DNA from: Octopus vulgaris | Lineage: Eukaryota | DNA: 64,000 nt | Assembly (NCBI GenBank): GCA_951406725.2 | Contig: OX597823.1 | Span: 93,744,001 to 93,808,000, forward strand | Direction: 5' to 3' | Shown here: piece by piece, positions 28,856-41,750 of the stretch | Layout of the letters: every line of letters begins with the position of its first letter | How positions within the stretch are numbered: the stretch's first letter is position 1 | Notes under the pieces: model-generated | Seen by the model: the letters and a program-made list of their open reading frames with translations, nothing else | The model's database searches: none | Told to the model about the DNA's origin: nothing | Made by a program: the position numbers and the translations under genes

Positions 28856-29130
28856 CTCGCTCTGGGCGCCATTGGGCTCACTGTCCAAGACTACGATACC
28901 ACAGTGAGTGCTATGACGACCACAGTTCGCTCTGAGCGCCATTGGGCTCAGTGTCCAAGACTACGACACCACAGTGAGCGATATGGCGACCACAGCTCGC
29001 TCTGGGCGCCATTGGGCTCACTGTCCAAGACTACGACACCACAGTGAGCGCTATGGCGACCACAGCTCGCTCTGGGTGCCATTGGGCTCACTGTCCAAGA
29101 CTACGACACCACAGTGAGCGCTACGGCTCG
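28856..29130. repeat. GC-rich minisatellite, ~3.9 x 70 bp, each unit self-complementary
   Basis: Units start at 28856, 28926, 28996 and 29066. Consensus ctcgctctgggcgccattgggctcactgtccaagactacgacaccacagtgagcgctatggcgaccacag. Confidence 0.95.
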
Positions 29131-29198
29131 GCTCGATATACACACACCTCCAAAAAACCCACCCACCCAACCACCCACCCACACACACACACATACAT

Positions 29199-29510
29199 AG
29201 GTGCAGGTTGGCTGTGTGGTAACAAACTTGGTTCCAAAACACATAGTTCTCAGTTCAGTCCCACTGTGTGGTAACTTGGCATGTGTCTTCTGCTATAGCC
29301 TCAGACCAACCAAAGCCTTCTCAGTGGATTTTGTAGACAGAAACTGAAAGAAATCAGTCGTGTGTATATGTATGTATATATGTAAGTCTATGTGTGTGTC
29401 TTTGTGTTTCTCCCTCATCACTGCTTCACAACTAATGTTCGTTTATTTACATCCCCATAACTTACTGGTTTCACAAGAAGAAACTGATAGAATAAGTACC
29501 AGGCTTATCA
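29199..29510 (+). mobile_element. SINE family B, degraded; its 3' part is duplicated downstream
   Basis: ggtgcaggttggctgtgtggtaa...agtggattttgtagacagaaactgaaagaa...gatagaataagtaccaggctt. Confidence 0.8.
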
Positions 29511-29582
29511 ATATATTAAAAAGCACTACGCAGTGTCTCATATTTTTGCTTGTCCACTCAGTTGTATCTCTCAATTTATCTT

Positions 29583-29627
<45 letters not shown>

Positions 29628-29744
29628 GTGTGTGTGTATACACACACACACATATATGTATATATATATATATGGATTTCGTAGACAGGAACTGAAACAA
29701 ATCAATCGTATATATATATGTAGGTATATATGTAAGTGTATGTG

Positions 29745-32398
29745 TTTTGATATTGGCAACATGAATGACAATGGTCAAAGACTACTTGAATTTTGCACAT
29801 ACCATAACCCCTGCATCACCAACACATTCTTTTCCAACAAGACATCCCGCATAGCATCTTGGAGACATCTAATATCTCACCACTGGCATCAGCTGGTTCT
29901 CATCATTACACGAAGATCCTTTTTGAATTCTGTTCTACTGACCCGTAGTTGCCACAGTGCGGATTGTGACACACATCATTCACTAATAAGAAGCAGAGTG
30001 AGGATTCTGACTAAGAAAGTCCATCACTCCAAGAAAATGGGCCGACCACGCATTAACACTGCCAGAACCCTGGACGCTACACTGGGAAAATGTTTTGCTG
30101 TTTCTATCAAGGTTGCCCTCAGTAGCTGCCCAACTTCCTATGCTGAAGTAGGTGGCATTTTATCAGGGAAGCTTTGTATACCACATCAATAGATACTTTC
30201 GGCATGAGAGAAAGGCAAAATCCAGATTGGTTCAGTGCTGGGCTCTCAGAGCTGGAAACAGTAATCGAAGAAAAGCATGCAGCTCTGATGCAATATAAGA
30301 GTGATTCTTCTACAAAGTCACTCGAAGAACTCAGAAAGGCAAGAAATAAAACCCAACTGACTGCCAGACGCTGTGCAAATAGGTATTGGCAGGAAATCTG
30401 TCAGAGTATTCAGTCAGCTACTGACAGTGGCGACACCCGTGGGATGTATGCCGGTTTGAAGAAGACCCTCGGTCAATCCGCAACCAAGTCAGCCCCTATG
30501 AAATCAGCTACTGGAGATCTCATCAAGAACCAAAGCAAGCAAATGGATAGATAGGTGGAGTACTACCAGGATCTCTACGCACGGAGACCACGGTAGCTGA
30601 GGCTGCAGTCGAGGGTGTCAAGATCTTGCCGGTCATGTGTGAACTTGACAGTCTGCCATCTATAGCAGAGCTCAAAAAGGCTATTAACGCCCTAGCAAGT
30701 AACAAGGCTCCGAGAAAAGACGTCATCCCCTTAGATATCATCAAAACCGGCAAAAACACTATCCTGCTTCGGTACCTTCATGAGCTTCTGTGTCAGTGCT
30801 GGGGAGAGGGTAAAGTCCCTCAGGATATGCGAGATGCTAACATCATTACGCTTTACAAAAACAAAGGTGAACGTAATTATTGTAACAATTACCGTGGAAT
30901 ATCTCTTGTAAGCACTTTTGGAAAGGCATTTACTCGCGTTTTCCTGTCCAGGCTACAACTGCTTGCTTCTCGAATTTATCCAGAATCGCAGTGTGGCTTT
31001 AGAAGAAGCAGATCAACTATTGACATGATATTTTCCATACGCCAACTTCAGGAGAAGTCCAGAGAGCAGAAAATGCCATTATATATGGCCTTCATTGATC
31101 TGACAAAGGCTTTTGACTTGGTAAGTAAAAAAAAGGCCTCTTCATCCTGCCCCCAAAACATCGGATGTCCACCAAAGCTGCTGATGATCATCAAATCTTT
31201 TCATGATGATATGCAAGGCACCATACAGCTCAATGGTTTAACATCAGCCGCCTTCCAAATAAAAAATAGGGTAAAGCAAGGTTGTGTCCTTGCTCCTACA
31301 TAATTTGCCATCTTCTCGCTGCTGCTGTAACATGCCTTTCAGACATAGTGTTTCTGCACAGTAGAAGTGACGAGAAACTGTTCAATCTCACGCGTCTGCG
31401 TGTCAAGACCTAAATCAGAAGTGTCCTGATCAAGAAGGTGATATTTGCTAATGATGCCTCTCTGATATCACACACAACTGTTTTGAGCAAGCATGTTGTG
31501 ACTTTGGCTTAGTTATCAGCCTCAAGAAGACGAACATCATGGGTCAGGCTACATCGGACATCCCAAACATACACATTGGAGACCACAGACTACAGGAGAT
31601 GGAGAAGTTTACCTACCTTAACTCTACCGCTACCTACAACCTATCCCTTGATGCTGAGCTCAATATACGCATTGGCAAGGCAGCTGCTGTGATAGCCCAA
31701 CTATGCAAACGGTCATGGGAGAACAATAAGCTGACCAAGACCACAAAAATGAAGATTTACCAGGCATGTGTACTTAGCACTCTACTGTATGGAAGTGAGA
31801 CTTGGACGACATACACACGCCCAGAGCGTCGCCTAAATATCTTTCACCTGCGCTGCCTCCGGAAAATCCTTCGCATCAAATGGCAGAATCATGTCCCCAA
31901 CAAAGATGTCCTCAAGGAAGCAGGAATACCAAGCATGTTTGCACTCCTCACACAAAGACGTATGAGATGGCTTGGACATGTTAGCCGTATGGAAGATGGC
32001 AGAATCCCCAAGGACATACTCAACGGAGAGCTTGCTAGGGGCACTAGATTTGTGGGAAGACCGTTCTGACGATTTGCAAAAGGGACATGAATGCCTGCAA
32101 CATCAATATTACCAACTGGGAAGCAGTTGCCAGCAACCGTGGAGATTAGCGACGTACCGTAAAAGAGGGAACACAGAGAGGAGAAATGGAAAGACAAGTT
32201 AAGACGTCAACAAGAAACTATGACATTACAACCAGCCAGGCAAAGTCTTCACTACATTTGCGGCACCTGCCAGAGGGAGTGTTTGTCCCGGATAGGACTA
32301 CACAGCCACAGCAGGAGAAGTATTAGGACATGAAATGTAAAAGTCGGACTAGATTATTTTGTGCGCAACTCCATTATCTCCCGAGACGAAAAGGATGC

Positions 32399-32407
<9 letters not shown>
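29745..32407 (+). mobile_element. RTE-clade LINE, 5'-truncated within the APE endonuclease, multiply frameshifted
   Basis: MNDNGQRLLEFC..TNTFF..SWRH..SADCDTHH (APE end), NNYRGISLVS, PESQCGFRRSRSTIDMIFSIRQLQEK, FIDLTKAFD, VKQGCVLAP, FANDA, LLYGSETW, WLGHVSRM, terminal CGTC..GLHSH, and a tail cgagacgaaaaggatgcc(aac)n. Confidence 0.95.
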
Positions 32408-32439
<32 letters not shown>

Positions 32440-32717
32440 GGAACTGAAACAAGTCAATCGTATATATATATGTATGTATATGTGTGTGTCTTTGTCTCTG
32501 TGTTTCGCCCTCATCACTACTTCACAATTGCTGTTCATTTATTTACATCCACTTAACTTACTGGTTTCACAAGACCAAACTAATAGAATAAGTACCAGGC
32601 CTATGAACATTAAAAAATCACAAGGCTGTGTCTCATATTTCTGTTTGCCCACTCAGTTGTATCTATCAATTTATCTTTGTATGTGTGTGTGTGTGTATAT
32701 ATATATATATCCATATC

Positions 32718-32767
<50 letters not shown>

Positions 32768-32825
32768 GATCTATCTATCTATCTATCTATATATCTATCT
32801 ATGTATGTATCTATCTATCTATCTA

Positions 32826-34144
32826 TCTATATATACACCCTAATGGGAGCCTTAACTCCCAAATTTTTAGTCATTTCTTTTATGATCCAAAACTAGGTCA
32901 AAAGTACTGAAATGGATCTTTATGAAATTTGGAAATTATATTCTATGCATAAGGGCCATAACCCCCATGACAATTCATATACTTTTGCTGTTGAAGAAAT
33001 TTTAACCATATATATTAGACACAAATGAAGTAATATTTATAACATTTCATCTTCTTACAAGTTATAAAGACCCCTCCATGGGGACTTGACACCCACAGTT
33101 TTGTCATTTTATCTAAGCAAAAACGAATACAGTTGTGCTCTTGGAAGCTGTAGGGTTACCCGAGCATAAAAGTTGAGCATTATTTCTAATTCAATGGTAC
33201 AAGAGTGTAACAGTTTGCTTTGACATACACTTACATTGTGATTTCTGCAATGTGGTGCATAAATTGTCAAGTAAATGAGGGGCATCTTTGCCTCCACTCA
33301 TTCAGTTGCAAAGTGTTGAGTAAAGTTATTTGATTGTAGACCTCTTTCGGTCTTTTTATTATCACTCGGTCACACATAGACCCCAGATGGTAACATTGAT
33401 TTCAACGCCTTCCCAGATGAGTAACTGGTTATTTAAAGACATTTATAGATTGTAAATTTATTCTGTCCAATTACACATCAGTATAATGGTCATTTGCAAA
33501 CTCCAACTTTCATTTGTCCTTAGCCCTCACGTCACACAGTTATTAATGTTTATTTCAGTTGGGTCACGCCCTTTCAATTGCTATAGATTCGTAATGAATC
33601 TTACGGCTGTGCCTGTCACCTGGATGGTGAGGAATCCTATTTTGGGAGTGGTAACGACAAGGGTAGGGTAACTAACTGCTTATTGTGATCATTCGTCTTT
33701 TGGTTTCCTGTAGCTTTGCTCTCTTTTAGAAACCCAGTGAACATATATTTCCTATTTCAAAGAAATTCAAACAATAGATATAAGACCCAAGTTAAAAATA
33801 TTCTCAACAATTCAACTTCTCTGGTTCACATTAAGATGCCCACCCCCAACAGGGGCTTTAACTCTCACATTAGAGCTCCATGACCTTCATTTTTCAGGAG
33901 CAAAATCTTTTTAACCGATTCAATAAGACTGGAATTTTAGAATATGCACATAAAAATCAGTAGTATGGGATATATGTGGGACGATTACAATTTTTTGGTG
34001 GGTGTGTAAAGAGGGAAATAACCCTGATCTGCAATTTTGATGACATTCGAAACATAGATATTCCAGTTCATTAGAGAAAATATAACAGAAAAGTCTAATT
34101 CTTCAATTGTATGTAACACGGGCAACGCCGGGTATCTCTGCTAG
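32826..34144 (+). mobile_element. Non-autonomous Helitron-like element (5' end tentative)
   Basis: 3' end acacgggcaacgccgggtatctctgCTAG|t matches the ends at 42348 and 48454. Candidate 5' a|TCtatatatac. Inserted in microsatellite. Confidence 0.65.
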
Positions 34145-34176
34145 TATATATATATATATATATATATTATGTTTCT

Positions 34177-34238
<62 letters not shown>

Positions 34239-34240
34239 TG

Positions 34241-34290
<50 letters not shown>

Positions 34291-34512
34291 CACAGACAGA
34301 GAGACAGATAGATAGGTATAGATATAGATATAGTTTTAGACATGTAGATATGTAGAGAATACAAGCATCCATGTATGTCACTTATAGGCATATATAACCG
34401 TGTATGTGCGTGTGTGTGTGTGTTCAATTTTATATTTATTAAGTGCAGACATGTAAAGTAAGCATATCTCTACATTTCTAAATTACATTACCGCTTTGTT
34501 GTCCTTGTATCC

Positions 34513-34556
<44 letters not shown>

Positions 34557-35164
34557 TATGTATGTATGTATGTATGTATGTATGTATGTATGTATGTATG
34601 TATGTATGTATGTATGTATGTATTATGTATGTATGTATGTACGTGTGTTTATGAACGAAAGACAAGTACACTTCGAACGACGTTGTGTATAGTGACTTTT
34701 AGAGTCATCTAATGCCTAGAAACACAGAACCTGCAAAGTGTCTGCAGCGGATATGTATAGTTACATACATGTATGTCTATGTGTATGCATACACACATAG
34801 TACATACAATATATTGTTATATGAGTGTGTGTTTGTGTGAATTCATTTATGCAAACACCCCGCACATATATACATACACACACCTACGTACAAAAATATA
34901 TAAATAGATAGATAGATAGATAGTCAGATAGATAGATAGATGGGTAGATAGATAGATAACTTTCTTTATTGGTCACACAGGGCTGGACACATAGGGGACA
35001 AATACAAATATAGTTGTCCCCTCTGCGTCCAGCCCTGTGTGGCCAAAGATGGATAGATAGACAGAGTCAGGCAAACAGACAGACAGACAGATAGACAGAC
35101 AGAGAGACAGATAGACAGACAGGCAGACAGGCAGACAGACAGGCAGACAGACAGACAGACAGAC

Positions 35165-35271
<107 letters not shown>

Positions 35272-36274
35272 GCCATACACTCACATATATGCACGTGCAC
35301 GTGTGTGTGTGAGTGTGTCGATGTGTGGTGTGTGTGTCTACACTTCACGTATAGAGATATTATAGCTATTCTAGTCTTGTAACCATTCAAAGATCATTTT
35401 GACAATTTTTCTGAGGGTTTTTTCGGGGACATAGCTAGGAAATGAGTTTAAAATTAATAAACATGTACGCTCCAGCATGACCACCAGATCAAATTACTAC
35501 AACGTGTAGTTAAGAGAAATAAAATATCAGAATTACAGAATGTCCAATCTTTGATTGATTTTCACAAATCGAATTCGGCTCCAAAATGTGCGCCATCGTA
35601 ATCATATTGCATGATGGGAAAATTCACACCATGAAAACAATGGAAGGAATTGTGAGGGAATCAAGCAATGATGCTACATCTTTTCAAATGTCATCTCTTT
35701 CAGATATTCTACTGCGAATTTCGCTCTGTTGGAATTAAATAGTCCCATCCTTTGACGATTGCTAATTTTCATGACACATACTGTATTTTTTAAATGTAAT
35801 ATCCGGATGGTTTCTTTCGTTATTCATTCGACGATTCGTCTTCTCTTTATTATATATATATATTATGTTTACTTTCCACAGCTATTGCTTTAATATATTG
35901 TCGAGCTTTTGCGTTCTTTACATGTAAGTGTATTAATTTGGTTTTGTTGCTATTGTTATTGATATTAACGGGGATTTGTAATATAATATATAATATACTA
36001 AACGAATGCAGTCCTACATACTAAAGGGCGTTTGAGACAGGGTGTTCTCAGCAGCGGAAGAGATGAATAGGAGGAAATGTTGGCCACAGATAATAAGATA
36101 GAATGCGCCAAGTGAGAATCAGTAAAGGAAATGGAAAATAAACATTCGTATGTGCGCATTGGTGTGGACGGGTGTATATAACCAATTATAACATAATACA
36201 CATATGGAATGAGGAAACAGTGATGTGTATGTCTATATATATATATATGAATTATATGGATAATACCATACTAA

Positions 36275-36321
<47 letters not shown>

Positions 36322-36410
36322 GACATCAATAATCTTACAAAACAAATATATAAACGTAACATATATAATATATGTGTGTGTGTGTGTATGTATATATGCA
36401 TGTATGTATG

Positions 36411-36490
<80 letters not shown>

Positions 36491-36962
36491 TATATATATA
36501 TATACATAATATAATGAAATGACAGAATATCAAATGGCCGTTGTGATTGAACTAATAATTTTTGGCATGAAACGATGCAACTTCAGATTTATATAGTAGT
36601 GGTGATAGCTACGTTTTACAAGTTACAATTGTAGTGAGGTGACTAAAATGTGTGCCTTAAATACATATGTATAGACTGCAGAATGTTAATTTTTTGCAAA
36701 TTGTATTCTGACCAATCAGCGTGTGGCGTTACTAAATTACTTAAGTTGATTGGTGTTTGGTTGAGGCGTCACGGTTTGTTGAACATGTCGAGCGACCTGT
36801 ATTTTGACCCTGGCCAAAGCAGTTATTGTTGAGATCAGTTTTAGAATTGTTGTAAATAACATTTCCCTGGGATCTTTACGTTTCAATTATCCTCACCATT
36901 AGCATCTCCTTTATTATTGCTATCGTTGTTGTTCGTGGTGGTGATGGTGACGGTTGTGGTGG

Positions 36963-38879
36963 TTGGAGTAGCTGTGGTAATAGACGTTTAAACCATAAAA
37001 TAAATTACTTTTACTGACGTTTCTCTTGACTTAGCTAGTATTTTGCTGCTATCGTCATCATAAGAACTTTTAGTATTGCTGTTGTTGCTGTTAATGGTAG
37101 TAATCGTAGCAGTAGAAATAGAAATAATAGAAACAGTACCTCTATGTATTATTATTGTTTATTTAGCTTGGGTCGGAATTTATTACTAAAGTTCTTTTCG
37201 TTGGTTTTTCTCTCCGGTTCTCATTATTGTCGGTACACGCGAGAACGTTCTGATAGTGCATATCCAGTTTGGCCCACATATAGTTATTCACAGTTCCGGC
37301 ATCTGATGCAGGAAATTAAATTTCTGCTTTTGCAGTTCATATTTGCGTTTCTGAATATCTTTTCCGGTTTTTGTGTTCATATATTGCCGGTATGTATCAA
37401 TAGTCGTGTATCACATCGGCTATCATTGTATTTAGATACAGTTAATGATTGCTATATGATGTTAAGTTCAAACTTAGCCTTCGCTAATAATTTTATCAAG
37501 TTTTACGAAGAACCATAGCTCGTTCAGGGATTGTAACTTTTAAGTCATTAATTTGAGCAATGCTATGATTGGTTCTTGTTTTCCTCTTTTTTACGCTGTC
37601 CTCAGTTCTTGTATGGGTATTTTTATAACCCGTTGTATGCCATTTTCTATTAGTAGAGGCGGATATTTTTGTTTGAGAAAAAATTCTCTTAGTTCTCTTA
37701 GGAGTTTGTTCCTGATATTCTCATCTTCTCCAATGGTACAAATTCTTCTGGCTAGGCTAGTATGTAGTGGGTGGCACGACTGAAAATTCATGTATTAATG
37801 TGTGTCCGTGTGTTTGTAATATATATCTGTGGTAAAGGTGGTGTCCTTTTTAACTACCATTATATCTAGGAATTGTAGTTTGGTACTACTCATCTTCTTC
37901 GTAAATTGGAAAGATGTGTACAGGCTGTTCAGGAGGATACTGAATTCTTCCAGAGTATTTAAAGATTCTCTCCAGCTTATGAAGCGACCGTCTAGGTATC
38001 TCTTCTGCACCTTCTCAATATACTTTCTAAATTTAGTGCTATAGCTTTCCTCTACTTCTTGGTAAAATCGCGTAAACGGGAGAAAACCTCGTTCCCATCG
38101 CCGTGCCTTTAATTTGGATGTAATTCATTCCATTGAAGAAGAATGTGTCGTTTTCCAGATAAGTCTGACTATGTCTAATGTAAATAGTACTGGGAATCTG
38201 TTGGGAATCACTTCATTCTGTTATTTTACCCAGTATTTAATCGCCTTTATTCCTAAATCATGTGGAATATTGGTGTCAAGGCTTACCACATCAAAGCCAA
38301 GTGGATGTGAATTCGTTTCATTTGTTTTGGGAAAATTGTACCGGAAGTCGATGTCATCCCGGTTTGGAACTGGGTATGTAGGTGCATAGTGGTTTCAAAA
38401 CATAGGCAGTGAGTAGGGCATGTTGGACCAGCTATAATAGGTCTAAATTGTAAGTCTTTTGGATACAGCAATTTTATGTACTCGCTTTTTAATTTTTTAC
38501 TGCATGCTGGATATCTTTTGATTTATGTATCTTCGGTAAACCGTAGAAGTCGCAGAGTTTGGCTCGAAATTAGTGATGTAGTCTCTCTCATTATCGGTAA
38601 GTGAGTTGTGGTGTTTTGAAACCAGGTTGTTGATCTTCTTCATGATCTAGTGGTCTACATTTGAAGGTATTTCACAATAGAAGGTTAGGCCCTTCAGTTA
38701 GTCCTTAGCACAACTTACAGGTACTATTTTTAATGCCACGTCCACTACCATTAACGACAACAACAATAATAATAATTCTCTTGATGACAATAGCAGAAAA
38801 TACCAGCGAAGTCAAGAGAAACGTCAGAAACAATAATCTTATTTAGGGTTTAAAGTTCTATTGCCACAGCTACTCCCAA
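36963..38879. repeat. ~170-bp imperfect inverted repeats (36963-37141 / 38719-38879) bracketing the Penelope fragment
   Basis: ggagtagctgtggtaataga..tttaaacc...ctgacgtttctcttgacttagctagtatttt.ctgctat.gtcatca...gttaatggtagt...agtacct and its reverse complement. Confidence 0.85.
37143..38700 (-). mobile_element. Penelope-like element fragment (RT plus GIY-YIG), degraded
   Basis: Minus strand: RPIIAGPTCPTH, TNIPHDLGIKAIKYW, GTAMGTRFSPVYA, RYLDGRFISW, FLDIMV, TDIYYKHTDTH, SCHP, LARRICTI, and LISCIRCRNCE*LYVGQTG..LSERSRVYRQ. Confidence 0.9.
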
Positions 38880-39041
38880 GGTGCCACGCAGTGGGACTGA
38901 ACTCAGAACCATGTAGTTAGGAAGCAACATTCTTACCACACAGCCACGCCTGCGCCTATATGATTATGTGTGTGTTGAATAAAATGAGACTACGAAGCCA
39001 AGGCAGTGTGAAATTTCGCAGACATTTATGAAGACAGAAGC

Positions 39042-39092
39042 AGTCTTACAGCTGTTTCAAGGATAAAAAACGATATCCTATCATCAGATATG
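39042..39092 (-). ncRNA. Minimal type I hammerhead ribozyme motif (Penelope type)
   Basis: Reverse complement atat-CTGATGA-t-aggata-tcgttttt-tatcct-t-GAAAC-agct-GTA-agact: intact core, 6-bp stem II, palindromic stem III (acagctgt), imperfect stem I. Confidence 0.65.
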
Positions 39093-39116
39093 AGAGAGTT
39101 AAACAGAAGATAGATT

Positions 39117-39288
<172 letters not shown>

Positions 39289-39319
39289 TAATAGTATTGA
39301 TCAGACGATCACAGGTTAT

Positions 39320-39660
39320 ATATCACTGGTCACAATGTGCTTCCAATTCTCCTTGATTGTGCCATTCTCTTTCATTTTGACCGAAATTGAGTAAGCAGAT
39401 CTTCCTTCCATCGTCATGGAGGCCTTCCGAGAGGCCTTTTCCGATCTTTTGGATACCACTCGGCAGGTGCATGGTTTTATCTGGTGTCTGTGAACCTGGT
39501 GACATGTCCAGCTCATCACAATTTGTGCTTTCGCTATTCTGCAATCGTCTCGTTCACTCTGTTCCATCAACGAACTATTTCGTTTCGAATACGCTGTTGT
39601 AAAGATATTCCAAACAGGGACGTTTTGCATCGTAACCAATCAATGTACAATCTACTTCGT
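39320..39660 (-). mobile_element. RTE-clade LINE C-terminal remnant
   Basis: Minus strand GISLQQRIRNEIVR...AGHVTRFTDTR*..AEWYPKDRKRPLGRPP*RWKEDL. Confidence 0.75.
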
Positions 39661-39744
39661 GGAAATCAAAATCTTAATTGTGTAGAAGAGCGTAAGTGGT
39701 ACGGAGATATTGAAGTGACTGGCACACACACACACACACACATA

Positions 39745-39904
39745 CGACGGGCTTCTTTCAGTTTCCGTCTACCAAATCCACTCACAAGCCTTTGGTCGGC
39801 CGGAGGCTATAGTAGAAGACACTTGCCCAAGGTGCCACGCAGTTGGACGGAATCCGGAACCATGTGTTTCGTAAGCAAGTAGTTACCACACAGCCACTCC
39901 TGCG

Positions 39905-39906
<2 letters not shown>
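39745..39906 (-). mobile_element. SINE family B 5' half; another head fragment at 38877-38957
   Basis: cgacgggcttctttcagtttccgtctacc...ccacacagccactcctgcgcc. Confidence 0.88.
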
Positions 39907-39952
<46 letters not shown>

Positions 39953-40353
39953 CACACTGAAACATACTCCGGCAAACACAAGTTCAGCCGTCTGTGACAT
40001 CAGTAAAACGTGCCTCATTCCATAAACGCAGTTTAGTAGGAGCCGTTTTGTTTTATTTGGTAAAATCTAGTTTTCTTTTCAAAGACACGTACAGACTCGT
40101 GAAGAAATAGGTTACTAACTCACTAGGAAATAACTTATAGTTTTGCTTCCATAACAAACCATGTTGCTGCAAACCGTACTGTTCAACTGTGTTAAGCAAC
40201 GCAACTAACAAAGACAAAGGATAGTAATATCATAGAATTCATTGATTTCTAACTATAATGACTTCCCCCGTATTATAAATATTCTCTATATACTGTTTTC
40301 CTATTTATATTATTGTTTTGATTATAGACGTACACACACATTCACACACATGC

Positions 40354-40450
<97 letters not shown>

Positions 40451-40452
40451 TT

Positions 40453-40501
<49 letters not shown>

Positions 40502-41000
40502 TATTATAAAAGGCAGATTTTATCTGCCTCCCTTTGTCAGTTATAGAAATCTACAATATAGGATTTCTTCAATTACAATTTACCTAGCATTTTTAAGAGT
40601 AGAATGCATCGGGTTTTGCCAGGTCCGGTTTTTAAAATTTCAACCCCAATTAAGCAAAATTTAGAGAAAACTCACATTCTGGTGTATATGTCAAATGCTT
40701 TTCTTAGTTTGGGTTACAGCACACGCAAACGCACACACACAGTGTGCAACGAATAAACTGAAACTAATTCACTGTGTGTTGACAGGAAAGTAATTCACTT
40801 TCTGTAGTGAGTGATTCTTTCACTCTGCCTCCCACTTCCTCTTTACACACATAGACACGCAAATATATAAATAAAATTGTAAGCTAACGTGCGTGTGTGT
40901 GAGTGTGTGTGTGTGTGTGTGAGTGTGTGTGTGTGTGTGTGAGGGTGCGTCTCTGTGTGTGTGTGCGTGTGCATGAGTGTGTGACAGGAAAGTTTTTTAC

Positions 41001-41500
41001 GACGAATATAAGACCTATATCCAAGTAGCAGAATGATCGACCAAAAGTGTATATAGATATTTAAATGTATTTATATATTCATCTATACACAGATGTATGT
41101 ATAATGTGTGTGTATATATTTCTATAGACGTAACCATTCACTCCGCACAAAGTATTTTAGGACGAAAATAAGATCTAAAGTTATCTCTAAGTAGCACAAA
41201 GATCGCCCAAAAGTGTATATAGATATATAAATGTATTTATATATTCATCTATGCACACATGTATGTATAACGTGTGTGTATATATTTCCATAGAGGTAAC
41301 CATTCACTCCATATAAAGTTTTTTTGGACGAAAATAAGATCTAAAGTTATCTCTAAGAAACAGAAAGATCGCCCAAAAGTGTATATAGATATTTAAATGT
41401 ATTTATATATTCATCTATACACACATGTATGTATAATGTGCGTGTATATATTTCCATAGAGGTAACCATTCAATCGATACAAAGTTTTTTAGGACGAAAA
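41001..41500. repeat. 3 x ~166-bp tandem repeat inside the Helitron
   Basis: gacgaa(a/t)ata recurs at 41001, 41161, 41327 and 41493, with conserved ccaaaagtgtatatagatat and gtaaccattca. Confidence 0.9.
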
Positions 41501-41750
41501 TATTTATATATAAAAGAAAGGTTGTGTGTCTGTCTACTCCGATTTACATTCCTAACTACTCCCACATTTTGCGATGCAGTTTAACCAAAACCGGGTATCT
41601 TATAGTCGTGATTCATATCGAGCCCTTCTGGGTATTAGCGCGCGTCTACGATGAGTCGATGATTTTACAAATAATTTACCATCATTTTTTTCCATTTTAA
41701 TGCATATTCTTTTTAAATAAAGGGAAGTAACTCTCAAACTTCACACCAAT

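Noticed and set aside
28901-29121. acagtgagcg in the array resembles the miR-30 flank used in shRNA vectors
   Set aside because: Only about 10 nt match, and the miR-30 loop and other flanks are absent, so this is likely chance.
28856-29130. CRISPR-like array
   Set aside because: The whole 70-bp unit repeats with no unique spacers, there are no cas genes, and the context is eukaryotic.
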